Source: Porphyrobacter sp.
GTDB taxonomy: Bacteria > Pseudomonadota > Alphaproteobacteria > Sphingomonadales > Sphingomonadaceae
Assembly (NCBI GenBank): GCA_017744315.1
Contig: JAGIBN010000013.1
Location: forward strand, 27,095 to 91,094
Reading direction: 5' to 3'
DNA: 64,000 nt
A program made the position numbers and the translations under genes. Positions 37,521-46,311 of this stretch are shown one piece after another. Within the stretch, counting starts at the first letter, position 1; the number at the start of each line of letters is the position of its first letter. Below the pieces are notes generated by a model, which was not told the origin of the DNA, ran no database searches, and worked only from the letters and a program-made list of their open reading frames with translations.

Positions 37521-39341
37521 ATGACTGACATTCGATCTATAGCGGCCATCGGCATGGTCGCGGTTCTACTCGCTTCATGCACCGGCGTCGGTGAGCAACA
37601 CGCCAGCCGCCCAATGACGGAGCCCCACCAGGGGGTGCAAGTCAGTCAGTTACCGTCATCGGCAGTGACAGATAGCCCGGCGACCGTTTCGGACACACGA
37701 ACCCCGATGCAACCACAGAGCTCGACGCCGCAGGAGAACGCTAAAGAGAACATCGTGGTGACCGGCACCCGGATCGTGCGCCAGGACTATGTATCGAGCT
37801 CACCGGTCGTAACCGTTGACGCCTCGACCTCGGGCACCTCCGCGAGGGTCGTGCACAGCGTGCCCGTGCCAGACCGGCAAGTCTTCCCCACCCCGTACAA
37901 CATTCAAGGACGGGACAAATTCACTTCGGTCGACCAGAACCCGTTCAAGGTCGCCTCCGAAGAGCCGGTCTCGATCTTTTCGATCGATGTCGACACTGCC
38001 TCCTACAGCTTCGTGCGTGCCTCGCTGCACCGCAATGTCTTGCCTCAGCCCGACGCGGTGAGAACCGAGGAACTGGTCAACTATTTCCCCTACGACTACC
38101 AGGCGCCGCGATCCGCCACGCAGCCATTCAGCACGCAGGTCGATGTCTTCCCCAGCCCTTGGACCGAAGGACGCAAGCTCGTTCGCGTTGGCGTCCGAGG
38201 TTACGAGATCCAGAGCGAGACCCGGCCGCGAGCCAACCTGGTATTCCTGATCGACACTTCGGGATCGATGAGTGGGCCTGAGCGGCTCGGCCTCGTCAAG
38301 CAGTCGCTGGCGATGCTAGTTGAGCAACTGGATGAGAACGACACGGTGGCGATCGTCACCTACGCCGGCAACGCCGGGACCGCGCTCGAGCCCACTCCGG
38401 CAAGTCAGAAAGAGCGCATCCTCCAGGTCATCCAACAGCTCGGCGCCGTAGGCAGCACGGCCGGCGCTGAGGGCATTCGCCAGGCCTACGCTCTCGCCGA
38501 GCGTAGCTTCGATCCGCGGGGAGTGAACCGGGTTATTCTCGCCACCGATGGCGACTTCAACGTCGGCATTACCAATCAGGAGGAGCTCAAAGGATACATC
38601 GAACGCGAGCGCGGCAAGGGCGTGTTCCTCTCCGTGCTCGGCTTCGGCATGGGCAACTACAACGACGCGTTGATGCAAACGCTGGCGCAGAACGGCAACG
38701 GTACCGCCGCCTACATCGACACTCTGACGGAAGCGCGCAAAACGCTGGTCGATGAAGCGACCTCGACACTGTTCCCGATCGCCAAGGACGTAAAGATCCA
38801 GATCGAGTTCAACCCCGCAACCGTCGCCGAGTATCGGCTTGTAGGATACGAGACGCGCATGCTGAACCGCGAGGACTTCGAGAACGACAAAGTCGACGCC
38901 GGCGACGTTGGGTCAGGACAGACGGTGACGGCGCTGTACGAGATCGTCCCCGTCGGCGGACCGCGCGCTATCGGAAATCTCCGCTATTCCCAGCCCCGAG
39001 GCCGGTCAGTCGCCGACAACAGCACCGAGTACGGTTTCGTGAAGATCCGCTACAAACAGCCGAATTCGGAACGGAGCCAATTGATCACCACCGCAATCGA
39101 CCGGACCTCCGAAGTGCACAGCTTCGCAGAAGCGCCGCGCGATGCTCGTTTTGCCACCGGTGTCGCCTCGTTTGCCGAGCTACTGCGCGGCGGGCGCTAT
39201 AGCGGCTCGATGACTTTTGACGACGTGCTGCAGATCGTCAGCACCGCGAAGGGCGACGACGAGTTCGGTTATCGCGCCGAGTTCGTCCAACTGGTGCGGG
39301 CCGCCAAGACGGCTGCGACGATGGCCCGCCTCGGCCAATGA
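37521..39341 (+). CDS. YfbK-like vWA lipoprotein (vWA + DUF3520)
   Basis: LASC lipobox, FSIDVDTASY, DTSGSM MIDAS, ATDGDFNVG, IAKDVKIQIEFNP. Confidence 0.9.
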   Translation: MTDIRSIAAIGMVAVLLASCTGVGEQHASRPMTEPHQGVQVSQLPSSAVTDSPATVSDTRTPMQPQSSTPQENAKENIVVTGTRIVRQDYVSSSPVVTVDASTSGTSARVVHSVPVPDRQVFPTPYNIQGRDKFTSVDQNPFKVASEEPVSIFSIDVDTASYSFVRASLHRNVLPQPDAVRTEELVNYFPYDYQAPRSATQPFSTQVDVFPSPWTEGRKLVRVGVRGYEIQSETRPRANLVFLIDTSGSMSGPERLGLVKQSLAMLVEQLDENDTVAIVTYAGNAGTALEPTPASQKERILQVIQQLGAVGSTAGAEGIRQAYALAERSFDPRGVNRVILATDGDFNVGITNQEELKGYIERERGKGVFLSVLGFGMGNYNDALMQTLAQNGNGTAAYIDTLTEARKTLVDEATSTLFPIAKDVKIQIEFNPATVAEYRLVGYETRMLNREDFENDKVDAGDVGSGQTVTALYEIVPVGGPRAIGNLRYSQPRGRSVADNSTEYGFVKIRYKQPNSERSQLITTAIDRTSEVHSFAEAPRDARFATGVASFAELLRGGRYSGSMTFDDVLQIVSTAKGDDEFGYRAEFVQLVRAAKTAATMARLGQ

Positions 39342-39471
39342 CACACGCGATCGGCATTCGACCAGCCCCAGGTTGGTGTGTAAAGCTGATCGAGTTATCC
39401 TGATAAGCCAACCGCGTGCTCTGCTGATAAACTTCAGGGTACGCGGTAGGTCCAAATGACCCTGCAAGCGA

Positions 39472-40569
39472 ATGGCGATCGATAAGAACCTCTCGGCATT
39501 GTTGCCCGAACCGCCGCTGCCCCGGCCGTCGCGGCGCGAAGTCGCGATCGAGGCGGCCTTGCGCCGGTTCGACGGGGTAGACGAGCCGGCGGCTTCTCGG
39601 CCGGTCGACACTCGCCCCACGCCAGTACGCACCGGTAGGGCAGGTTCGCAGGTCGCGGTCTTGGCCAGCGCTGTCTTGGTCCTGCTGGTGAGCGTGCCGA
39701 TTTGGATGGCGGAGAAGGACACCATCGTTCCCGAGGCCTTGCCGGCGGAAGCGCCGGTCACACAGAATCCACCGGCCGCAACCCTGACACCCGATCAGAG
39801 TGCTCCTGGGCCAATCGCGACGGCGAGCGCGAGGCCCGCTAACGCTGTTGGAACTGAATCCGCCGCATCAGTCGCAAGCCCATCTCAGTCGCCCGACATT
39901 TCGACCGCAACACCGATCGCTGGCCCCCCGCTTGCTCCAAGGGGCGATACGCGATCTCGTCCGGCCCCCGCTGACGCGACACTGGCAAGGCCACGTTCCC
40001 AACCCGTGCGGGCGGAAGGTGTGTCCAGGGGAGCTTCGGATCCGGCTGTTGTCGAAGAGTCCATCGTGGTCACGGGCTCGCGCGTGGCTCGGCAAGATTT
40101 CGAGTCAAACTCGCCGACCGTGACCGTCGATGCGCCAGTGCTTTCCGAGGGTGATTGGGACGCCTGCACTATACTCGATCCGCGCCGCGACTTGAACGCC
40201 TGCGCGGCTTTCGCCTATCCCGCCGCCCGCGGCGCAAACGGCAGGGCGGCGGCGCGAGTGGCGGACGGCCTGGGTTACGCCTGGCAGGGCAATCTCGACC
40301 GTGCGATCGAGGCGTTCGACAGCGCGATCAGGACGGCACCCGGCCTCTCCGTCGCCTATCTCAATCGTGGCCTGGCTTATCAGTCGAAAGGCGATCTCCG
40401 CCGAGCCCTCGCCGATCTCGATCGAGCGATTGCGAACGAACCGAGCAGCGCTCGTGGGTACTATCATCGCAGTCGGCTGTACCGGTCCAAGGGCGATACC
40501 GCGCGTGCCGACAAGGATGCGAAGCGAGCTATCGAGATTGATCCTGGGTACCAAGCTGTACTGCCTTAG
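39472..40569 (+). CDS. Single-TM protein with C-terminal TPRs (candidate anti-sigma factor)
   Basis: Short N-terminal helix REVAIEAALRRFD, TM, Pro/Ala linker, TPRs AYLNRGLAY, ALADLDRAI. Confidence 0.75.
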   Translation: MAIDKNLSALLPEPPLPRPSRREVAIEAALRRFDGVDEPAASRPVDTRPTPVRTGRAGSQVAVLASAVLVLLVSVPIWMAEKDTIVPEALPAEAPVTQNPPAATLTPDQSAPGPIATASARPANAVGTESAASVASPSQSPDISTATPIAGPPLAPRGDTRSRPAPADATLARPRSQPVRAEGVSRGASDPAVVEESIVVTGSRVARQDFESNSPTVTVDAPVLSEGDWDACTILDPRRDLNACAAFAYPAARGANGRAAARVADGLGYAWQGNLDRAIEAFDSAIRTAPGLSVAYLNRGLAYQSKGDLRRALADLDRAIANEPSSARGYYHRSRLYRSKGDTARADKDAKRAIEIDPGYQAVLP

Positions 40570-40644
40570 CGTTTAGCCTCTCATTGGAGTCCATGAGCGG
40601 CCAAATCTTCTCTCCAATCACCGGCAAGCGCTTAGTTTTGAGAG

Positions 40645-40711
40645 GTCCGTTGTTGGCCGATAGCGGCCTGTCCGCTTTCGGGCGTTGCTCCGATGAAAGC
40701 CGTCGGTCAGC
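40645..40711 (+). repeat. Composite imperfect-palindrome repeat, copy 2
   Basis: GTCCGTTGTTGGCCGATAGCGGCC-TGTCCGCTTTCGG...GAAAGCCGTCGGTCAGC; direct repeat of 36188-36254. Confidence 0.85.
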
Positions 40712-40725
40712 CTTTTGGCCTTTGC

Positions 40726-41085
40726 TCAGCCCGCAGCATCGACTTCGCTGTTCCGGTCGGCCGACAAGTAAGGAAACCGTTCAACTGTCACGCGGACATC
40801 CTTGAGCTTTCGACCATGATCACCCCATTGGACCACGAGCTCACTTTCCGTCTCTACAAGTTTGGCATCGAGGCAACCAAGCGAGAGCGCTTCCCGAAAA
40901 TAGTAGCTGTAGATGTTGCTGGAAGAGACGCCCACGTCGCGCCCGTCCAACAAGACTCGGTCGGCGTGGTTGGTGAAACCATCTTGCCAGGTGGGCGTCG
41001 TCGGCAGTTCCATGGTCTTGTATTCCTCGCCCTTGCGGAACAGCGAGGCATAAATGTCGATAATATCGTCAACGTTCCAGCGCAT
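40726..41085 (-). pseudogene. C-terminal fragment of a GcvT/LigM-DesA-like aminomethyltransferase/O-demethylase
   Basis: [15 protein letters not shown]...[26 protein letters not shown]...VVQWGD...[10 protein letters not shown]; N-terminal part missing. Confidence 0.7.
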
Positions 41086-42180
41086 CTTGCTGGCGAGAAG
41101 CCGTTCGAACGTATCTATCTTCGTCCGCCCAGCTTTTGGGCTGAAAAGGCAATCGAACTGCAATTGGGCCATAGCGTCGATGAGGTCGATCCGACAGCGA
41201 AGACCATCACGCTCTCTACTGGAGAGACTATCGGCTACGACAAGCTGATTTGGGCCGGTGGAGGAGATCCGCGTAAACTCCCATGTCCCGGCGCCGAACT
41301 CGCAGGTGTTCACGCAGTGCGGGACAGGGCTGACGTCGACCGGCTCCGCGCAGAGCTGGATCGCGGTGCGCGTAACGTAGTAGTCATCGGTGGTGGATAC
41401 ATCGGTCTCGAAGCAGCTGCCGTTCTCACCAAATTGGGGTGCGCTGTTACCCTTCTCGAAGCTCTACCTCGCGTCCTGGCGCGTGTAGCCGGAGATGAGT
41501 TGTCGCGCTTTTACCAGGACGAGCACAAGCGCAACGGCGTCGACCTGCGGCTCTCTGCGAGTGTAAAGGCGATCGAAGCGCATAACGGGCGCGCAGCGTC
41601 TGTCACTCTCGACAACGGCCACGTCGTAGTCTGCGATATGGTCATCGTGGGTATTGGTATTGCGCCAGCGATTGAACCGCTCGCACTTGCCGGCGCGGCT
41701 GTGTCGAATGGCGTCGAAGTTGACGAATATTGCCGAACCAGCTTGCCAGACATTTACGCGATCGGCGATTGCGCCGCGCACAAGAATGGCTACGCCGACG
41801 GAGCTTTAATACGACTTGAGAGCGTGCAAAACGCCAATGACATGGCCGTCACAGCGGCGAAAGCGATCTGTGGGCAGGAGGTGCCCTACAGCGCCGTGCC
41901 TTGGTTCTGGTCAAACCAATATGACCTTAAGCTCCAAACCGTCGGCCTGAGCGTCGATTTTGACAAAGCAGTGATCCGAGGATCGCCCCGAGATCGAAGC
42001 TTTTCCGTCGTCTACCTGAAGGCCGATCAGGTCGTTGCCCTCGACTGCGTGAACGCCGTTAAGGACTATGTTCAAGGCAGGAAGCTCGTTGAGGCTCGCG
42101 CGAAGATCGATCCCACGGCTTTGGCGCGCAGCGACGTTGCCCTAAAAGACCTTGTTCTCGACGACGAGGTTCGAGGCTGA
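41084..42180 (+). pseudogene. 5'-truncated ferredoxin reductase (FAD/NADH)
   Basis: Begins at [10 protein letters not shown]; has [32 protein letters not shown] but lacks the first GxGxxG and RPPLSK segment. Confidence 0.8.
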
Positions 42181-42319
42181 TGCTCTGTTTGCAGCTGACG
42201 GACAGCGCCACCGTCCGCCCGCCGACGCCGCCCGGTCTAGGACTATGAGATAGGCATCCCATTTCTGCTCCAAACGATATTTGACGCTCAGCAGGGCAAC
42301 TTCTAACCTCTTGAAATCA

Positions 42320-42396
42320 TGGCGCGCCCGGCAGGACTCGAACCTGCAACTCCAAGCTTAGAAGGCTCGTGCTCTATCCAGTTGAACTACGGGCGC
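42320..42396 (-). tRNA. tRNA-Arg(TCT)
   Basis: GCGCCCGTAGTTCAACTGGATAGAGCACGAGCCTTCTAAGCTTGGAGTTGCAGGTTCGAGTCCTGCCGGGCGCGCCA, 77 nt, CCA end. Confidence 0.97.
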
Positions 42397-42453
42397 GTCG
42401 CCGCGGGCCTTAGCGTGCTTTGCGGTACATGCAAAACACGATAGTCAGACGCG

Positions 42454-43191
42454 ATGGACGGGGGATCGGCACGGCTCGAAGGCAAAGCGCTCAACCACGC
42501 GCGCTTTCGCTATTTTCCATACATGATGGCGGCCTTCGTCGCGATCCTGCTGCTTTCGAACATGATCGGTGCATCGAAACCGAGCTACATCACGCTGCCC
42601 AACGGCACACAGTGGTCGTTCGGTGCGGGCGTGCTGTTCTTCCCCTTCAGCTACATCCTGGGTGACGTACTGACCGAAGTCTATGGCTACGCCAACGCGC
42701 GGCGGGCGATCTGGACGGGGTTCGCAGCTCTGCTGTTCATGGCCTTCATGGCCGCGGTGGTTGTCGCTTTGCCCCCGGCGGCCGACTGGCCCGGGCAGGA
42801 GGCCTACGAGTTCGTGTTCGGCAATACCTGGCGCATCGTGCTGGCGTCGATCACCGCGTTCTGGGCCGGCGAGTTCGCCAACAGTTTCGTCCTTGCCAAG
42901 ATGAAGGTGATGACCGGCGGTCGGTTCCTGTGGATGCGAACGATCGGCTCCACCGTGGTCGGCCAGGGGCTCGACAGCCTGATCTTCTATCCCCTGGCGT
43001 TCTACGGACTGGCGGGCTGGCCGCCCGAGCAGTTGTGGCAGGTCGTTCTCTCGCAATGGTTGATCAAGACCGCCTGGGAGGCGCTGCTCACGCCCTTCAC
43101 TTATGTGGTGGTAGGGTTCCTTAAGCGGCGGGAGGGTGTCGACGTGTTCGATACGGACACCAACTTCTCGCCCTTCGCGAAAGCGCGCTGA
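42454..43191 (+). CDS. Queuosine precursor transporter (YhhQ/VUT family)
   Basis: FFPFSYILGDVLTEVYGY, GEFANSFV, RTIGSTVVGQGLDS. Confidence 0.92.
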   Translation: MDGGSARLEGKALNHARFRYFPYMMAAFVAILLLSNMIGASKPSYITLPNGTQWSFGAGVLFFPFSYILGDVLTEVYGYANARRAIWTGFAALLFMAFMAAVVVALPPAADWPGQEAYEFVFGNTWRIVLASITAFWAGEFANSFVLAKMKVMTGGRFLWMRTIGSTVVGQGLDSLIFYPLAFYGLAGWPPEQLWQVVLSQWLIKTAWEALLTPFTYVVVGFLKRREGVDVFDTDTNFSPFAKAR

Positions 43192-43195
43192 CGGA

Positions 43196-43411
43196 TCAAT
43201 CCGCCAGCAGCGCAATCGCGAGGTAGGCGACCAGGAAGGTCCCGAAGCCGAACACGGTACCGACGACGAACACCGCCCGCACGACAAGCGGATCGACGTT
43301 CATGTAGTTCGCAAGGCCGGCGCAGACGCCGAAGATCTTGCCGTTGGTCCGGTCGAGCCGAAGCGTGCGCGACGGCTCGTAGCCGGAGGGGCGACGGTCT
43401 ACCGGGTTCAT
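43196..43411 (-). CDS. Stand-alone PspC-domain protein
   Basis: LDRTNGKIFGVCAGLANY + TM. Confidence 0.88.
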   Translation of the reverse strand: MNPVDRRPSGYEPSRTLRLDRTNGKIFGVCAGLANYMNVDPLVVRAVFVVGTVFGFGTFLVAYLAIALLAD

Positions 43412-43542
43412 GCCAGGATACCCGCAACCGAGTGAACGTCAGACGCCGAAGTCGCGAGGACATTGGCGAACAGCACCGTGGAGATCGCAAGCGCGCTAAG
43501 AGCGGCAAAGGCGTGGCGAGCAAAATTCGACAGACCAGACAT
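43408..43542 (-). CDS. Small hydrophobic leader protein (44 aa) coupled to the PspC-domain gene
   Basis: MSGLSNFARHAFAALSALAISTVLFANVLATSASDVHSVAGILA; RBS AGGGGA; ATGA overlap; not in the ORF track. Confidence 0.65.
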   Translation of the reverse strand: MSGLSNFARHAFAALSALAISTVLFANVLATSASDVHSVAGILA

Positions 43543-43599
43543 TTCAAAAATTCCCCTTCGTCTCTACTCGACGGGTCATTCCGCCGACGCAGGACGCTT

Positions 43600-43615
43600 T
43601 GCATAGGGCGTGCCA
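43600..43615 (-). promoter_or_regulatory. Sigma-54 -24/-12 promoter
   Basis: Minus strand TGGCACGCCCTATGCA, exact GG-N10-GC; candidate PspF site TGGTGAAATTTCCCA at 43690-43704. Confidence 0.8.
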
Positions 43616-43768
43616 AACCGGGAAAACGGCGGATTTGCGTGGTTCTTGTCGTTATCGGAGAATTACCAAGAGCCTTCCCTCCCGCATCTTGGTGAAATTT
43701 CCCAAATAGCGGCAATCTTGATTTGCAGTGGTCTAGTGGCTGACCATCGCCTAACGCTCCTCGGGCCC

Positions 43769-44854
43769 ATGGCGCTCGACCGGATCACCCTCAGCCACTT
43801 CCGCAACCATGTCGCTAGCCGCCTTGAAGGCAGCGCGAAGATCAACCTGCTGTTCGGAGAGAACGGCGCAGGAAAGACCAACGTGCTTGAGGCCCTGTCG
43901 CTGCTGGCGCCCGGCCGGGGGCTGCGACGGGCCGGACTGCCGGAGATGGCCGGCAACAGTGGAACGGGCGGCTTTGCAGTCAGCGCGCTGCTGGACTGCC
44001 ATGACGGCACCGAAGCGGTGCAGCTGGGGACCGGCACCTCTCCGGAGCGACCTGGCCGGCGTCTGGTGCAGATCAACGGAGCGGAAGCGAGCGCGGTGTC
44101 GCTCGGCGAATGGCTCGCGGTCGGCTGGCTGACCCCGGCAATGGACCGGCTGTTCGCCGACAGCGCCGGGGCACGCCGGCGCTACATGGATCGCCTCGCG
44201 CTGGCGCTCGATCCCGCTCATGCCCGCTATGCCTCTCGCTACGACGCCGCGCTTCGTGAGCGGAACCGTTTGCTGGCGAGCGAGGTCGACCCCGATCCGC
44301 AATGGCTGGCCTCGCTCGAAACCCAACTGGCTGACAGCGGAGCCGCCCTGACCCAAGGCCGCGCGCGAATGATCGAGCGCTTGTCCGAAGCACTGGCGGC
44401 CCTGCCGGAAGCGCCGTTTGCCCGCCCTGCCCTGACCTATCTCGCTGGCGGCCCTCTGGAGGCCGGAGATCTGGCCGCCGAGCTTGCCCGCCAAAGGGCG
44501 CGGGATCGGGCTGCCCAGCGCACCTTGACCGGGCCGCATCGTGATGAGCTGGAAGTGACGATGGCCGGGAACGGCATGCCGGCGGCCAGTTGTTCCACCG
44601 GTGAGCAGAAGGCCATGCTGATCGCCATGACCCTGGCTCACGCCGAACTCGCCGCGGCCGGACGTCCTGGTGTCCTGCTGCTGGATGAGGTCGCCGCCCA
44701 CCTCGACCCGGTGCGCAGGGAGGCGCTGTTTGAGCGCTTGCGAACGGGCAATGCCCAGGCGTGGCTGACGGGAACCGAGCTTGCCCCGTTCGATGCGATC
44801 GAGGGTGAGGCGGCCGTGTGGCGCGTCGCCGGCGGAGCAGTCGCGAGGGTCTGA
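43769..44854 (+). CDS. recF: DNA replication/repair protein RecF
   Basis: FRNH, GENGAGKTNVLEA, GPHRDEL, STGEQK, LLDEVAAHLD. Confidence 0.95.
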   Translation: MALDRITLSHFRNHVASRLEGSAKINLLFGENGAGKTNVLEALSLLAPGRGLRRAGLPEMAGNSGTGGFAVSALLDCHDGTEAVQLGTGTSPERPGRRLVQINGAEASAVSLGEWLAVGWLTPAMDRLFADSAGARRRYMDRLALALDPAHARYASRYDAALRERNRLLASEVDPDPQWLASLETQLADSGAALTQGRARMIERLSEALAALPEAPFARPALTYLAGGPLEAGDLAAELARQRARDRAAQRTLTGPHRDELEVTMAGNGMPAASCSTGEQKAMLIAMTLAHAELAAAGRPGVLLLDEVAAHLDPVRREALFERLRTGNAQAWLTGTELAPFDAIEGEAAVWRVAGGAVARV

Positions 44855-44880
44855 GATATCCTCCCCGTTTCGGAGAGGAT

Positions 44881-45573
44881 CTATCTGGCCGGCAAGGCTG
44901 CCGCCACCTGCGCTACGGTGGCATCCACCATCGCCTCTATCCCTTCAGCGGTGGGATGGATCCTGTCCGCCTGGATCAGCCGCGGCTTGTCGTAGACGGG
45001 TTCAAGGAAGAACGGCACCAGCTCCGCCGAATGGCTGCGCGCCAGGGCCGGGTAGATACCGTCGAACTCGGAGACGAATTGCTCGCCAAGGTTGGGCGGC
45101 GCCCGCATGCCCATGAGCAGGACCGGAATCTTGCGCTTCGCCAGCTCTTGCAGGATCGCCTCAAGGTTCTCGCGCGTCTCGGCCGGCGAGATACCGCGCA
45201 GCAAGTCGTTGCCCCCAAGCTCGACAATGGCGAGTTCGGGCGGCTCGGGCTGGCTGTCGAGCACGAACGCGAGCCGCTGCAGGCCGGCGGCGGTCGTGTC
45301 TCCCGATACACCGGCGTCGGCGACGCGCGCATTGATGCCCCGCGCACGGAGGGCCGCTTCCAGCCTTTCCGGATAGCCCTCACCCTCGCCCAGCCCATAC
45401 CCGGCGAACAGGCTGTCGCCGAAGGCAAGGATCCGGCGTTCGGGGCCGCTAACAGGCGCAACCTCGGCGGAAGGCTTCACTGTAGGCTCCTGTGACGGAG
45501 ACTGAGCCGGCTCGCTACCGCAGGCCGCCAGGACCAACGTCGCCCAAACCATCGACAAGCCGCCAATACGCAT
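44881..45573 (-). CDS. tesA: SGNH arylesterase lipoprotein (TesA-like)
   Basis: GDSL, GVSGDTT, GGND, DRIHP; LAAC lipobox; divergent from the ABC pair. Confidence 0.85.
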   Translation of the reverse strand: MRIGGLSMVWATLVLAACGSEPAQSPSQEPTVKPSAEVAPVSGPERRILAFGDSLFAGYGLGEGEGYPERLEAALRARGINARVADAGVSGDTTAAGLQRLAFVLDSQPEPPELAIVELGGNDLLRGISPAETRENLEAILQELAKRKIPVLLMGMRAPPNLGEQFVSEFDGIYPALARSHSAELVPFFLEPVYDKPRLIQADRIHPTAEGIEAMVDATVAQVAAALPAR

Positions 45574-45621
45574 CGTCCAAGCCTCCTTGCTCGTCATCTT
45601 TCCCTATGCCATCCAACACTT

Positions 45622-46311
45622 GTGACAAGACCTCCTGCAATCGAGGCGCGGGACTTGCGGTTGACGCTTGGCGAAGGCGAAGCAGCCGTCGAGATCCTCC
45701 GCGGCATCGACCTCATCGTTCCGACCGGCGAAACGCTCGCCCTGCTCGGCCCTTCCGGCTCCGGGAAAAGCTCGTTGATGTCGGTCCTGACGGGCCTCGA
45801 ACGAGCCGGCGGTGGCACGCTGAATGTGGCGGGAGCCGACTTCACCTCGCTCGACGAAGACGCCCTCGCCCGCGCCCGGCGCGGCCGCATCGGCATCGTC
45901 CTGCAGGCGTTCCACCTCCTGCCGACGATGACCGCGCAGGAAAACGTCGCGACCCCGCTCGAACTGGCCGGCGAGCCCGACGCATGGGCGCGCGCCGCTG
46001 CGGAACTCGAAGCGGTGGGCCTCGGCCATCGCCTGACCCACTACCCGGCTCAGCTTTCGGGCGGTGAGCAGCAACGCGTGGCCATCGCCAGAGCCATCGC
46101 GCCGCGACCTCCGCTGGTGTTCGCAGACGAGCCGACCGGTAACCTCGACGTTGCGACCGGCGCCGGTATCATCGAGCTGCTGTTCGCGCGCCGCGAAGAG
46201 ACCGGGGCGACGCTGGTCATCATCACTCACGACGAACACCTGGCCGAACGCTGCGATCGGATCGTGTCGCTGTCCGACGGACGGATCGCCAGCGACACCC
46301 TGGCGGCATGA
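45622..46311 (+). CDS. ABC transporter ATP-binding protein (YbbA-like)
   Basis: [25 protein letters not shown]. Confidence 0.92.
   Translation: MTRPPAIEARDLRLTLGEGEAAVEILRGIDLIVPTGETLALLGPSGSGKSSLMSVLTGLERAGGGTLNVAGADFTSLDEDALARARRGRIGIVLQAFHLLPTMTAQENVATPLELAGEPDAWARAAAELEAVGLGHRLTHYPAQLSGGEQQRVAIARAIAPRPPLVFADEPTGNLDVATGAGIIELLFARREETGATLVIITHDEHLAERCDRIVSLSDGRIASDTLAA

Larger units (their letters stand above)
21141..42370. mobile_element. Genomic island integrated at tRNA-Arg(TCT), ~21 kb, no integrase seen
   Basis: Flanking 51-bp direct repeats; accessory catabolic cargo; internal gene fragments. Confidence 0.88.

Noticed and set aside
40693-42180. 495-aa full-length oxidoreductase as given in the ORF track
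   Set aside because: The first ~130 codons are repeat DNA and the antisense of an aminomethyltransferase fragment; treated as a truncated reductase.
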